In this document: piece after piece, positions 1 through 16,615 of the stretch
How positions within the stretch are numbered: the stretch's first letter is position 1
How the letters are laid out: every line of letters begins with the position of its first letter
DNA from: the human T2T-CHM13v2.0 reference genome, Homo sapiens
Strand: one strand, 5' to 3'
Assembly: GCF_009914755.1 (NCBI RefSeq)
Contig: NC_060926.1
DNA length: 64,000 bases
Position numbers and translations under genes: made by a program
Notes under the pieces: model-generated
What the model was told of the DNA's origin: nothing
The model's database searches: none
Seen by the model: the letters and a program-made list of their open reading frames with translations, nothing else

Positions 1-103
1 GCAGAGTTTCTGGAGGCAACAGAAATAAGTGTCATATGCTCAATCTGATGCGTTTAATTATTGAATATCCTTTTCTCCACTATCCCTATGCATAAGTATT
101 TGA

Positions 104-1299
<1,196 letters not shown>

Positions 1300-1593
1300 A
1301 GATGGATGCTATTTCTTGTCATTGCTGAAGCTGCTGGCTCCAATGCTGTTGACATTTCACACCCTCACTGCACCCACACGGGTATGTTCTTCTACACTGG
1401 AAGAAATTTTTCTCAATTCACAGGATCAGAAAATTACATTTTCTCCTATGCTTCTGCTTTTTTATGAATACTGTGGACATGCAACCAACTTTGCTTCTTT
1501 CTTTGAGCCGGCTGCTAGAAAGCTCTTAGCTAAATTTGCATTGTATTTCCAGAGGGTAGAGAGGGTCTTACAGTTTGTATGTATGTTTGGATA

Positions 1594-1633
<40 letters not shown>
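1594..1633. repeat. (TG)n microsatellite at an Alu tail
   Basis: About 19 TG units. Confidence 0.95.
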
Positions 1634-1926
<293 letters not shown>

Positions 1927-2117
1927 TTGTATATGTTTTAAGTGAATTTTAGACTTCCTTTGTTTGTTTTACCCTTACGTTTTCACTTGTATGTTATTCA
2001 TTCGATACTGTATTTATTTTGATAGGGTGACTCAAATCTTTTAATTTGGAACAAGGGGGGAGCAATGTATTATAAATAATTGAATAAATAAATAATTAAA
2101 AAGCTGCCTTTTATTAA

Positions 2118-2990
<873 letters not shown>

Positions 2991-3489
2991 ATTGTGATAA
3001 TTCTATTTTTTATTTGTGTTACTCATTTGTCTAGCTTTAGTAACAATCTTTATCCTGTCTGGCAGGAAAGCAGGTGCATGGAGAATACTCCACTTGACAA
3101 ATTGCTTTCCGATCGTATTCCTCTGTTTTCATCCACAATATTTGGCTTTGTCAGAAGCTTTTCTTCTCTAGCCTTGTTTCTGTCCCACTGTGAACACAGA
3201 GCCTTGCATGTGATTCCACATTACTCCCTAGAGTAATGTAGCTCGGTATCAAGGGAGATTTGAAATGGAAAAAAGCAGGAACCTCTGGCTATCTGTGGGT
3301 TGTTTGGGTAATTTTTAATATCCTGTTTTAAACTTACCTATTCTGTGTATTTAGAAATGATAACCTAAAAACTTTATGGAATTCCATACAAATTACTTTT
3401 GGTTGGGGGGTGGACTTATATTTGAAGATCATCTTACTGTGGCATATTTTGTTTTAAGAGAATGTGATAGGTTGACATATAAGTAGTTA

Positions 3490-4170
3490 TGAAAATGAAA
3501 ACCCAGTAGATAAAAGGGCAAAGACTAGAACAAGGACTTTACAGAAGAGAAAACCCAATGAGACAATAAATACAGGGAAAAATATTCAGCCTCATTAACC
3601 TCAAGGAAATGATACATCAAGATACAATTTTACACTCACCAGGCTGGCAAAAATAAAATCTGATAGTATTGAGTGTTGACAATGTGGAGCAATGCAAATT
3701 ATAATTATCTGCTGGTGGGTGACACAATAACTTTGAGAAATAATTTGGCATTGGCTAGTAAAGTTGAAGAGGTGTGTGTCATATAACCGGATGTTCCTAC
3801 TTACAGGTACAAGTCCTAAAGAAACCCTCAAACATGTGCATCAGGGGACATGGACCAATCCAATCAAAGCTGTACAATTTATGATAGCATCACATTAGAA
3901 GCAGCACAAATGCCCAGCAGCAATGGAATGGATAGATTGCCGCATATCTATAGAATGGAATACTATACAACAGTGAAAATAAAGCAGTTACGACAACGTG
4001 GATGAATCTCAGAAAGATAATTTTGAATTTTCTGAATGAAAAAAATGCAAGGCACACAATGCATGGAATATGATTCCATTAAATTAAAACCCAAAAGCAT
4101 GCATCTAAATGATGTAAGTATACAAACTTGTTAAACCTCTAAGAATTGCAAGATAACACAATATTTAGGA
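3490..4170 (+). mobile_element. L1ME 3' end fragment
   Basis: Degenerate L1 ORF2-end/3'UTR motifs (ATGGAATACTATACAACAGTGAAAA, GTGGATGAATCTC). Confidence 0.75.
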
Positions 4171-4180
4171 TAGGATTTAT

Positions 4181-4510
<330 letters not shown>

Positions 4511-5002
4511 TAATAAACAAAGGAAATGCAAACAGAGAAGGCCACACAGATGATGATAATAGTCCTTATTTTCTTTCTTTTTTTTAGTCATATGAATGTC
4601 AGATTATAACCTTATTTTCTTAATTGAGTGATAGACACACAGGTATCTATGCTTTTTTAATCTCATTTTCTGGAGTATATATTATATATATTTTATATAT
4701 ATAATATTTATCTTCTTAATAATAAAATTACTTTTAAGTGAAAAGAAAGGTCACCAAAATGTTATGTCTTTAAACTTACAAAGTTAGTTATCACGTTTAT
4801 TTCTGACTACTCAAAAAATTGCCCTTGCAGTTTAGACAAAATGCTACCCCAGATATCACAGCCAACGAAAGTGAGCTGCAAAGGATTTAGGTCACTAGTT
4901 TTAGCCACGTATTTTCATCATGTGCTTTCACTTTTAAATAAAAGAATGTCTTTATTCTTTAAAACATTTGCTTAAGATTTTGAAGCAGATAATATTTTAA
5001 AA

Positions 5003-5190
5003 TAGTGGCTCTTAGCTCCTGGCTGTACATTAGAATCGCTCAGAGACTTAAATAACATAAAATATTGATGTCCAACCCCCATCCCAGATTAAATGAGTCA
5101 AAATCTCTGTTGGTGGGACCTGGGTTTTGGATTTTTCTTGAAAAATTCCCCAGATTATTCTTACTTAAAGGCATAATTGGAAAGTACCAT
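5003..5190. mobile_element. MER5-family hAT non-autonomous DNA transposon
   Basis: AGTGGCTCT...GGCTGTACATTAGAATC...CCCCAGATTATTCT resembles MER5A/B. Confidence 0.65.
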
Positions 5191-5342
5191 TTTAAAGCAA
5201 ATTTCTAAGCCAGCATTTCTAAATGTGGTTTACTGTCTACACCACATTGTTGGTGCAAAATTCTTAAGTGAATAGGAAATAAATTTGGTAGGTTTCTAGC
5301 ATTTTGAAAATACAAGTAATTGGGAATAGAAAATATCAGAGT

Positions 5343-5706
<364 letters not shown>

Positions 5707-5814
5707 TTATGTTTAATGAGTGGTCATGGAAAATACAGGATTTCATACTGTGAGCCACAGTATGTTTGAAAAACAGTTCTAAACAAGCCTAAGGTGCTAT
5801 TAGGTATTCTTTTA

Positions 5815-5930
5815 AAACATTTTTAATTGGCAAGTAAAAATTGTGTATATATATTTTATATATATATATAAAATGTACACCATGATGTTTTGATATATGT
5901 ACACACTGTGGAATAGCTAAGTTAGGTATT
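5815..5930 (-). mobile_element. L1MA 3' terminal fragment
   Basis: CATGATGTTTTGATATATGTACACACTGTGGAATAGCTAA resembles antisense L1MA 3' end. Confidence 0.6.
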
Positions 5931-5964
5931 TTTCCCTACTGCAAAGTTGATCAAGCAGTAATAT

Positions 5965-6544
5965 TGATACAGGAGTTAAGAAGAAATTACTTAGGCAGAT
6001 AGTGAGGGCACAGAACTCCTTGGTAAGGTTTTCCTTTTAATGAAAAGCAGCCCCAAATAATTTTCCTTTCTAACAGCAGCCTGTAAAATTGAGCTGCACA
6101 CGTAGACGCTGGCAGTTATGCCAAGCATGTTAAAAATGGCGGCTCCATCTTCCCTTCTCTGACAGCCACATGCACAGGAAGAAGCAGACAAGATGGCGCT
6201 GGCCAAGGGGAAAGTTCATTTGCATAGTATGATTAGAGTGGGTCTGCCAGCCTTCTCCTTGCCCTATGTAAACATCATACCTGATCAAGCCAATCTGCGA
6301 GTGCTATGTAAATCAGACACCGCATCCTCAAGCCTGACTATAAAATCTGGCACATCCACTGCCAGCCTTTTCCTCTCCAAAGTCCTCTCTCTCTCACTAG
6401 AGAGTGAGCTGTTTTCCTTTCTCTTTCTTTCTTTTGCCTTTTAAACCTCCACTCCTAAATTCCTCATGTGCGTTTGTGTCCTAACTTCTCTTGGTGTGAG
6501 ATGATGAACCCTGGGTATTTATCCCAGACACTGTAGCTGATTCA
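5965..6544 (+). mobile_element. Complete solo ERV1 LTR, LTR9-like, 4-bp TSD ATAT
   Basis: TG...CA termini, ATAT at 5961-5964 and 6545-6548, TATAAAA at 6339, matches recalled LTR9 start TGATACAGGAG. Confidence 0.85.
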
Positions 6545-6559
6545 ATATCATATGATGGT

Positions 6560-6665
6560 TGCAATGCCTGTGTCCGAATCCTGGCTTTTCCACTCACCAG
6601 CTGTATGACTTCAGGCAAATTATCTAACCTCTTTGTGTCTATTCCCTCATCCTAAAAATCTCTTA
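6560..6665 (+). mobile_element. MIR 5' part (continues at 7946-8040 after MER21)
   Basis: GAATCCTGGCT...CACTCACCAGCTGTATGACTTCAGGCAAATTATCTAACCTCT; continuation GTTGTGAGGATTAAA...GTAAGTGCTC. Confidence 0.75.
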
Positions 6666-7183
6666 TAGTGCTTGCAGAGGAGTTCAGCAAACTGCACAGT
6701 CAGAGGGCACAGTCCTTCAAAGACTGCTCTTCAAACACCAGCTGCAAGTTTGAAGGGCCCCAAGGCCACCCTCAGTACAGACCAACGGGCTACAAATTCA
6801 GAGGTGCCCATGACCACCCTCAGGTTCGGTAATTCACTAGAAAGACTCACAGAACTCAGAGAGCGATTATACTCACTGTCACATTTATTACAGGTAAAGG
6901 ATACAAATTAGAACCAGCCAGAGGAAGAGAATGCGTATGTGGAAGTCTGGCAGGAATCCAAATGCAGAGCTGCTGTCATCCCCATGCTGTGTTCCCCTCC
7001 CATCAACAAAGGGGACGATACTGAGAAGGAAACTCACCCAGCTCTTATGTCCAGAATTTTTATTAGGGCTTCGTACAATAGGCACAATTGATTGAATTAT
7101 TGTCCACGTGGCTGAACCCAACTGCCAGTCTCCCTCCCCTGCCTGGAAGTCAGGGTGAAGTGACGTGGCCCAAAACCCCAGTC

Positions 7184-7375
7184 TTTTTTTTTTTTAACTT
7201 TTAACTAAAAAGTAAACTTGAATGTCGAAAATGCAAACTTGGGGAAGACAGAAAAGATCACACGCAAGGCTGTCACTTCGCACTTGGAAGGTTGCACAGT
7301 GGCCGGGCAGAGGCGCTCCTCACTTCCCAGACGGGGTGGCGGCCGAGGAGAGACGCTCCTCACTTCCCAGACGAG
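7184..7375 (-). mobile_element. SVA2-type retroposon (two VNTR units + unique 3' tail + polyA), 5'-truncated
   Basis: Poly-T 7184-7195; 40-bp SVA VNTR units GGCCGGGCAGAGGCGCTCCTCACTTCCCAGACGGGGTGGC at 7301 and 7341; no SINE-R; TSD AAARCCCCAGTCTT at 7172 and 7376. Confidence 0.85.
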
Positions 7376-7558
7376 AAAGCCCCAGTCTTCTAATCACTTG
7401 GTCTTCTCTCGTGGCCAGCCCCACCTTGAATCATCTTGTTAACATAAACTATCTTGTAACGGCCTTGTTACTGATAACTATCAGGTGTGGTCCAAGGTGC
7501 TTGTCATGAATAACAAAAACATTCCCACACCTGGAAAAAAAAAAAATCTCAAAGAGTT

Positions 7559-7865
<307 letters not shown>

Positions 7866-8335
7866 TCTCAAGGGTCTAGAAATGACCCCCCTGAACTAAG
7901 ACAAAAGCCAGACCTCACTTTGGAGGTCAAATTCCTTACTAAACAAGTGGTTGTGAGGATTAAACGAGCACATGTATATGGGAAACTCTTAGAATATTGC
8001 CTGCTATGTGGTAAGTGCTCCTAGATACTATTACTATTGTTTTTAATCTTTGCCCCTTTTATTTTCAGTCCTTGACTTCTCAAAGAGCCTTGTTTCTGTT
8101 TTAATTTTCACTTTCATCTAGCCAACAGCCTTCGCTTCCCTAGTTTCTCTCTCTCATTGAGCATAAGGGAGAAATTACTTGGCTGAAAGTGGGAAGGAAA
8201 GGGTAGGAGGAAAGCTAGAGGCTTTTTACCTCCCCAACACACCCTTGTCACTTCCATTCTCAGCTGTCATCCCCCTTCCCTTCTTCACTTTTCTCACTTC
8301 ATTCTTAACCACCCCTCCCCTCTCTCCTACCTTTT

Positions 8336-8676
8336 CTTTTTTTAATTAAAAAAAAAACTTTTAGGTTCAAGGGTCCACGTGCAGGTTTGTTATGTAGGTA
8401 AATTGTATGTAACGGGGGGTTTGGTGTACAGACTTTGTCACCCGGGTAATAACCATACAACAGATAGGTAGTTTTTCAGTCCTCATCCTCTTCCCACCCT
8501 CCACCCTTCTAGCAGGCCCCAGTGTCTGTTGTTCCCCTCTATGTGTCCGCGTGTACTCAGTGTTTTGCTCCCACGTCTGAGTGAGAACATGTGGTGTTTG
8601 GTTTTCTGTTCTTGCCTTAGTTTGCTTATGGCCTCCACTGCAGCTTCATCCATGTTGCTGCAAAAGACATGATCTG
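8336..8676 (-). mobile_element. L1PA (old, PA13-16-like) 3' end
   Basis: GTGCAGGTTTGTTATGTAGGTAAA...GAGTGAGAACATGTGGTGTTTGGTTTTCTGTTC. Confidence 0.85.
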
Positions 8677-8963
8677 ATTTTTTTGTTTGTTTTGAGACAG
8701 AGTCTTGCTCTTTTGCCCAGGCTGAAGTGTAGTGGCACAGTCTCGGCTCACTGCAGCCTCCGCCTCCTGGCTTCAAGAAACTCTCCCGCCTCAGCCTCCC
8801 GAGTAGCTAGGCGCTACCACGCCTGGCTACTTTTTGTATTTTTAATAGAGATGGGGTTTCGCCATGTTGTCCGGGGTGGTCTCAAACTCCTGACCTCAAG
8901 TGATCCGCCTGCCTTGGCCTCTTAAAGTGCGGGATTACAGGTGCGAGCCACCGAGCCTGGCCA
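8677..8963 (-). mobile_element. AluS
   Basis: Antisense dimer with small internal deletion. Confidence 0.93.
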
Positions 8964-9780
8964 GCTCTTTCTATTCTTGATGATCTCCACAACTCCCACA
9001 TCATTTATGTTACCCAGTTAGACCTTGTAGGATATAATTTTGCAACCACAAGGTTAGAGATTATTACCACTTATCCCTCAATCTCTTGCCAATAAACAGA
9101 ACACAGAAAACATTACTAACAAATTTACCAAAATTCTCTAGAACTCACACTAAGTTACAGGTTTAGAGCAAAGCTTTAATGATGTAAGCACACGTTAATT
9201 TGTAAATAAACTGAGCTCACACCCTGACCTTGTACCGAAGGAACAGTGCTTCCATTCTTTAACTTATGTTGCCTACAAAATAAACATCCTGGGATAGAAA
9301 TATTGTGTGATGGGGCTGGGCGTGGTGGCCCATGCCTGTGAGAGGTGACAATGTACTAGCAGCCCTTGCTCGCTCTCAGTGCCTCCTTGGCCTTGGTGTC
9401 CACTCTGGCTGCGCTTGAGGAGCCCTTCAGCCTGCCGCTGCACTGTGGGGACCCTTCTCTGGGCTGGTCGAGGCCGGAGCGGGCTCCCTCTGCTTGCGGG
9501 GAGGTGCGGAGGGAGAGGCGCGGGCGAGAACGGCGGCTGTGTGCGCGCTCGCAGGCCAGCATGAGTTCCCGGTGGGCATGGGCTCAGCGGACTCCGCACT
9601 CTGAGCCGCCGGCCAGGGCCGCCAGCGCCGGGGAGTGAGGGGCTTAGCACCCGAGCCAGCAGCTGCGGAGGGTGAGCCAGGTCCCCCAGCACTGCCGGCC
9701 TGCCCGCATCCCACTTGAATTCTCGCCAGGCCTCAGCCGCCTCCCCGCAGGGCAGGGCTCAGAATCCGTAGTCCGCTCTG

Positions 9781-9975
9781 CCCGCGCCTCGCCCCCCGCC
9801 CGCCTTTCCCCCGCGCCTCGCCCCCCGCCCCCGCGCCTCGCCCCCCCCCCGTCTCGCCTCCCCCCCGCCCGCCCTCCCCCCAGCCCCCTCACCCCCCCTC
9901 CACCACTCCACCACCCCCCAGGCCTCCCTCCACCACCGCCCCCAGGCCTCCCTTCACCACCCCCCCACACGCCAC
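9781..9975. repeat. C-rich low-complexity/VNTR tract inside LTR12 U3
   Basis: Repeated CCCGCGCCTCGCCCCCC and CCCCAGGCCTCCCTYCACCAC units. Confidence 0.9.
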
Positions 9976-10199
9976 CGTGGGCTCCCGCGCGGCCCGAGCT
10001 TTCCCGGGGGGCACCACCCCCTGCTCCACAGCGTTTGGTGCCATCCACCACCCAGGGGGCTGAGGAGTGTGCGCAGGTGGCAGGACTGGCAGGCAGCTCC
10101 ACCGGTGGCCCTGATGAGAGATCCACTAGGGGAAGCCAGCTGGGCTCCTGAGTGAGGTGGGGGTCTTGGAGAACTTTTATGTCTAGCTAGAGGATTGTA

Positions 10200-10450
10200 A
10201 ATGCACCAATCAGCACTCTGTGTCTAGCTCAGGGATTATAAACAGACCAATCAGTACTCTGTCAAAACGGACCAATCAGCTCTCTGTAAAATGGGCCAAT
10301 CAGCTCTCTGTAAAATGGACCAATCAACAGGATGTGGGTGCAGCCAAATAAGGGAATAAAAGCAGGCTGCTGGAACCGGCAAGGCAACCTAGTTGGGTTA
10401 CCTTGTCTTTTGTGGAGGTTTTGTTCCTTTGCTCTTTGCAATAAATTTTG
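10200..10450 (+). promoter_or_regulatory. LTR12 promoter: five CCAAT (NF-Y) boxes, AATAAAA TATA-like box, downstream AATAAA
   Basis: CCAATCA x5 between 10206 and 10327; GGGAATAAAAGC about 10352; GCAATAAA about 10438. Confidence 0.75.
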
Positions 10451-11229
10451 CTGCTGCTAAGTAGTTGGGTCCGTGGTGCTTTAAAGAGCTGTAACACTCA
10501 CTGCGGAGGTCTGCAGTTTCACTCCTGAAGCTAGTGAGACCAGGAGCCTGCCAGAAGGAAAAAACTCTGGACATGTTCAAACATCGGAAGGAACAAATTC
10601 CAGACACACTATCTTTAAGAACTGTAACACTCAACCGTGAGGGTCCGCGGATTCATTCTTGAAGTCAGTGAGACCAAGAACCCACCAATTCCGGACACAC
10701 CTGGAATTCTTTGGAAGGCTGAAGCAAGAGGATCATTTGAGGCCAGGAGTTTGAGAAATTCTATGTGATATAAATCAGATGCATAAAATTTGCCCACATC
10801 TGCAACTTACTTATAAAATGTTTTTTTCAAGAGACTGGAACTTCTAGTGCATAAATACAGTTTGGGTTTAAAAACCCAGAATCCTGAAAAAAATGGCTCT
10901 ACTTAAAAAACGACTGTTTTTGGTAGTTGAACAGTAATTTAAAGGGCTCTTCAGTGACGTTAGAAATCATTAAATCCAATTCTTTCCTTTTAAATGTAAG
11001 GAAGCTGTTGAAGAAAAGTCCCATGCTGTGTTTTATGTTTTGAAGGTATCAGAACTTCTTAAAAAATTAACTGCTGTAGCGGGGAGAGAGCAGAGGGTCT
11101 GCTTCTTCAAATACTGGCGATCACACCATGGTTTTATATTGTTTTGGAAATAACTTTTAGTTGAAAAACTTCGAGGAGTTCATTGTAAGTTCAATTACAG
11201 CTGGAGGGATATAATTTATTGTAATTTAT

Positions 11230-11612
11230 TAGTCATTGAATATCCATGTGCTCCCAAGACTCCCCAGCTCCCTTGCAGTTAGGAGGGCCTATGCGACTCG
11301 TTTTGACAAATGAGCCGTGAGTGGAAATGACATGTGTCACTTCTGGGACAAAGCACAAAGAGAAGAGCACTTTATCATTCTTGATTCCTCTCTCTTTTCT
11401 TGCCGCAATGACAGCCGAGGCCAAATGTGGAGATGGCATAACCAGAAGAGGGAACGAACTGGCCTGGATGTGACTCATGCTTGGAAGGGAGCTGTCTGGA
11501 AGGACCACAGTACCTGCAGCCAACTTTGTGTGAGTGGAAAATAAATAGGTTAAAGCAATACAATTGGGGGATTGTTATTGTAACATAACGTAGTCTATTC
11601 CTGGTTAATGCA
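11230..11612 (+). mobile_element. MLT1 (H/I/J-like) MaLR LTR
   Basis: CCCTTGCAGTTAGG...GTGGAAATGACATGTGTCACTTCTGGG...TAATGCA. Confidence 0.7.
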
Positions 11613-11764
11613 TTAACAATGCCCTCTCTTAACAGTAGCCGCTTTTTAAACTTCCCCCACTTACGTAAAACATAGTTTATAATATCTAACATTCATACTA
11701 ATTTAAAAGTTTAATATTCACACAGGGAAGACATCTCTTGTTTAAAAATGTTGATGGCAAGGGA

Positions 11765-12504
<740 letters not shown>

Positions 12505-12670
12505 TGTGTGGTGGCATATGCCTGTGATTCCAGCTACTTGGGAGGCTGAGGTGGGAGAATTGCTTGAACCCAGGAGGCGGAGGTTAGTGAGCTGAGACCA
12601 AGCCACTGCACTCCAGCCTGGGCGATAGAGTGAGACCCTGTCTCAAAAATAAATAAATAAATACAAATAA
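12505..12670 (+). mobile_element. Alu right arm fused head-to-head to the preceding antisense Alu
   Basis: TGTGTGGTGGCATATGCCTGTGATTCCAGC...TCTCAAAAATAAATAAAT. Confidence 0.9.
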
Positions 12671-12801
12671 TTAAAATTAATTTGTAAGAGTTCTTTAAAG
12701 TTCTTTCTCAAGAATATTTGATATAACTATAATTTTCCATTCCATGGCTTACCTTTCTACCTTCTTCATGGTGTTTTGTGATGGACAGAAGTTATTAATT
12801 T

Positions 12802-13104
<303 letters not shown>

Positions 13105-13398
13105 AAAGTTATTAATTTTAATGTGGCTTAATTTATCATTTTCTTTATAGTTAGTGGATTTTTTTTTCCTACTTGAGAAGAAAGTTCCTCTGGTCACTCT
13201 TTAATAACACAAGTATTTTTTCCTCATTAGTTTAAAAATCCAAATTTAACCGTATAATATTGAACAGATCTTGGCAGCCTAACCAATAGCCATGACCGAC
13301 TTTTTCCCTGTTAACAAAGCAGAATTGATGGAAGAAGGGATTAGGAGAAATGTATACCCTGAAAACATAGTGTTTGGCCAAAGGCACCCCACACTTGA

Positions 13399-13893
<495 letters not shown>

Positions 13894-13923
13894 TAAATGT
13901 TCCCCAGATGATTCAGTTATACC

Positions 13924-14245
13924 TTTTATTTTAATTTAATTAATTTTTTGTTTTTGAGACGGGTCTCACTCTGTAGCCCAGGCTAGAGTGCAGTGGTGTG
14001 ATCATGGCTCACATGCTGCCTCGACCTCATGGGCTCAAGCGATGCTCCCACCTCAGCCTCCCAGGAAGCTGGGACCATAGGTGTGCACCACCAGGCCCAG
14101 CTACTTAAAAAAAAACAAACAAACTTGTAGAGATGGAGTCTCGCTGTGTTGCCTAGGCTAGTCTCAAACTCTTGGGCTCCAGGGATCTTCCTACTTCAGC
14201 CCCCCCAAAGTGCTGGGATTACAGGCATAAGCCACTGCATCCAGC
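13924..14245 (-). mobile_element. AluJ
   Basis: Antisense dimer; TSD-like TTCRGTTRTAYCT. Confidence 0.92.
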
Positions 14246-14533
14246 TTCGGTTGTATCTTGATAAAGACTAAGAAAAACAATCAAAACAAAACACAAACTC
14301 AAGTGTCTAGAATGTCACTGAAGGAAGGAGAGAGTTTCAAGCAGAAGTTGGAAAACAGGCTTAGATGTAGCAGAGAGTTCAAGGAGGATAAAGATGATGA
14401 AAAATGTGTTGAGTTGGCTTGAATCTTCAAAGTCATTGGTAAAGTAAGAATGCTTTTAGTACAAAGGTGGGGTATAGAATTTGGGTTACATGATATTAAA
14501 GATGGGGAGTAGGCAATTAGAACAGCAGTCCTG

Positions 14534-14536
<3 letters not shown>

Positions 14537-14568
<32 letters not shown>

Positions 14569-14856
14569 AGACGGAGTCTCGCTGTGTTGCCCAGGCTGGA
14601 GTGCAGTGGCACTGTCTCGGCTCGGGCTGACTGCAAGCTCCGCCTCCTGGGTTCACGCCATTCTCCTGCCTCAGCCTCCTGAGTAGCTGGGGCTACAGGC
14701 ATCTGCCACCACACCCAGCTAATTTTTTTGTATTTTTAGTAGAGACAGGGTTTCACCATGTTAGCCAGGATCGTCTCAATTTTCTGACCTCGCGATCCGC
14801 CCGCCTCGGCCTCCCAAAGTGCTGGGATTACAGGCATGAGCCACCACGCCCGGCCG
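14537..14856 (-). mobile_element. AluY
   Basis: 32-nt T-tail, AluY diagnostics, TSD GTCCKGAAC. Confidence 0.95.
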
Positions 14857-15096
14857 GTCCGGAACCTTTTTGGCACCTGAGTCCAGTTTGTGGAAGACAG
14901 TTTTTCCACGGAATGGGGATGGGAGGGTGGGGGTAGTTTCCGGATGAAACTGTTACACCTCAGATCGTCAGGCGTTAGATTCCCATAAGGAGCGCAACCT
15001 AGATCCCTTGCTTGTGCAGATCACAATAAGGGTTTGTGCTCCTATGAGAATCTAATGCCACCACTGATCTGACAGGAGGCAGAGATGGCAAATCCA

Positions 15097-15309
15097 TCTT
15101 CAAGGTTGGATTTTTGAAAGTTGGTCCTTTGTTTTAGGCTTTGTCAGGCAAATATATAGCCTCCAAAGTTAGCATGTGGTATTTCATATGGCAACCACAG
15201 ATCAGAAATTTGAGGAGGAGCTACATCATGTAGGAATGACTTTGGTTGAAAGCAACAGAATATCCAACTAAAAGTGGCTCAACCCATATGATCCATAATA
15301 TGCCACTTA
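15097..15309 (+). repeat. Direct copy of 16227-16696 lacking the Alu present there
   Basis: Colinear match AAGG..TTTTGAAAGTTGGTCCTTT ... CATAATATGCCACTTA. Confidence 0.95.
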
Positions 15310-15414
15310 CTGGTCCATGGCCTGGGGGTTAGGTACCCCTGAGTTAGAAGGCAAAAAAAATGTGTATATATCAAATGTTCAAGGAGAGTAGATGGCATTA
15401 AAAACAGTTTTGCA

Positions 15415-16060
<646 letters not shown>

Positions 16061-16313
16061 AAGCAGGAGGACAGGTGTCAGCTGTGCGAGGATGTTATCT
16101 TACTAATACATTTATTTAACGGCTTTCTGAAGGAAATGATTAAAAGAATCTGGCTTGATATTTTTGTTTAAAAAAAAACCGCTAGCCCAAATTTAAACGA
16201 ATAGGATAGTTTAAGAAATAGTTGTTCTTTAAGGATGGTTTTTTGAAAGTTGGTCCTTTATTTTAGCCTTTGCAAGGCAAATATATAACCTCCAAAATTA
16301 GTATGTGGTATTT

Positions 16314-16557
16314 TTATATACTCTGTCTTTTGAAACTCTGTCGCCCAGGCTGGAGTGCAGTGGCACAATCTCGGCTCACGGCAACCTCCATCTCCCGGGT
16401 TCAGGTGATGCTCTTGCCTCAGCTATTTTTGTATTTTTCGTAGAGATGGGGTTTCACCATGTTGGCCAGGCTGGTCTCGAGCTCCTGACCTCAAGTGATC
16501 CGCCTGTTTCAGCCTCCCAAAGTGCTGGGATTACAGCGTGAGCCACCACGCCCAGCC
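16314..16557 (-). mobile_element. AluS with ~45-bp internal deletion, TSD TATGTGGTATTT
   Basis: CCTCAGC joined to TATTTTTGTA; TSD at 16302 and 16560. Confidence 0.92.
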
Positions 16558-16615
16558 AATATGTGGTATTTAGTATGGCAACCACAGATCGGAAATTTGA
16601 GGAGGAGCTATATCA

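Larger units (their letters stand above)
9339..10699 (+). mobile_element. Complete solo LTR12 (ERV9; D/E-like), 4-bp TSD CCTG
   Basis: Starts TGAGAGGTGACA, ends CCAATTCCGGACACA; CCTG at 9335-9338 and 10700-10703; GC-rich U3, tandem CCAATCA repeats. Confidence 0.95.
9314..10757 (+). mobile_element. Alu left-arm fragment split by LTR12 (9314-9338 and 10700-10757)
   Basis: GGCTGGGCGTGGTGGCCCATGCCTG before, CTTTGGAAGGCTGAAGCAAGAGGATCATTTGAGGCCAGGAGTTTGAGA after. Confidence 0.85.
14523..15341 (+). mobile_element. MER1B hAT DNA transposon, interrupted by AluY and by a templated insertion
   Basis: AACCTTTTTGGCACC...GATCTGACAGGAGGCAGAG, terminal GGGGGTTAGGTACCCCTG; 8-bp TSD AATTAGAA/AGTTAGAA. Confidence 0.85.

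Noticed and set aside
7301-7375. Direct repeats as CRISPR-like array or canonical SVA
   Set aside because: Tandem VNTR units without spacers; no hexamer, Alu-like or SINE-R domains.
9400-10130. CpG island as a host-gene promoter
   Set aside because: It lies entirely within LTR12.
9273-10151. Overlapping GC-rich ORFs including Pro-rich (159 aa) and Gly-rich (160 aa) frames
   Set aside because: By-products of the stop-poor LTR12 U3 and its C-rich tract.
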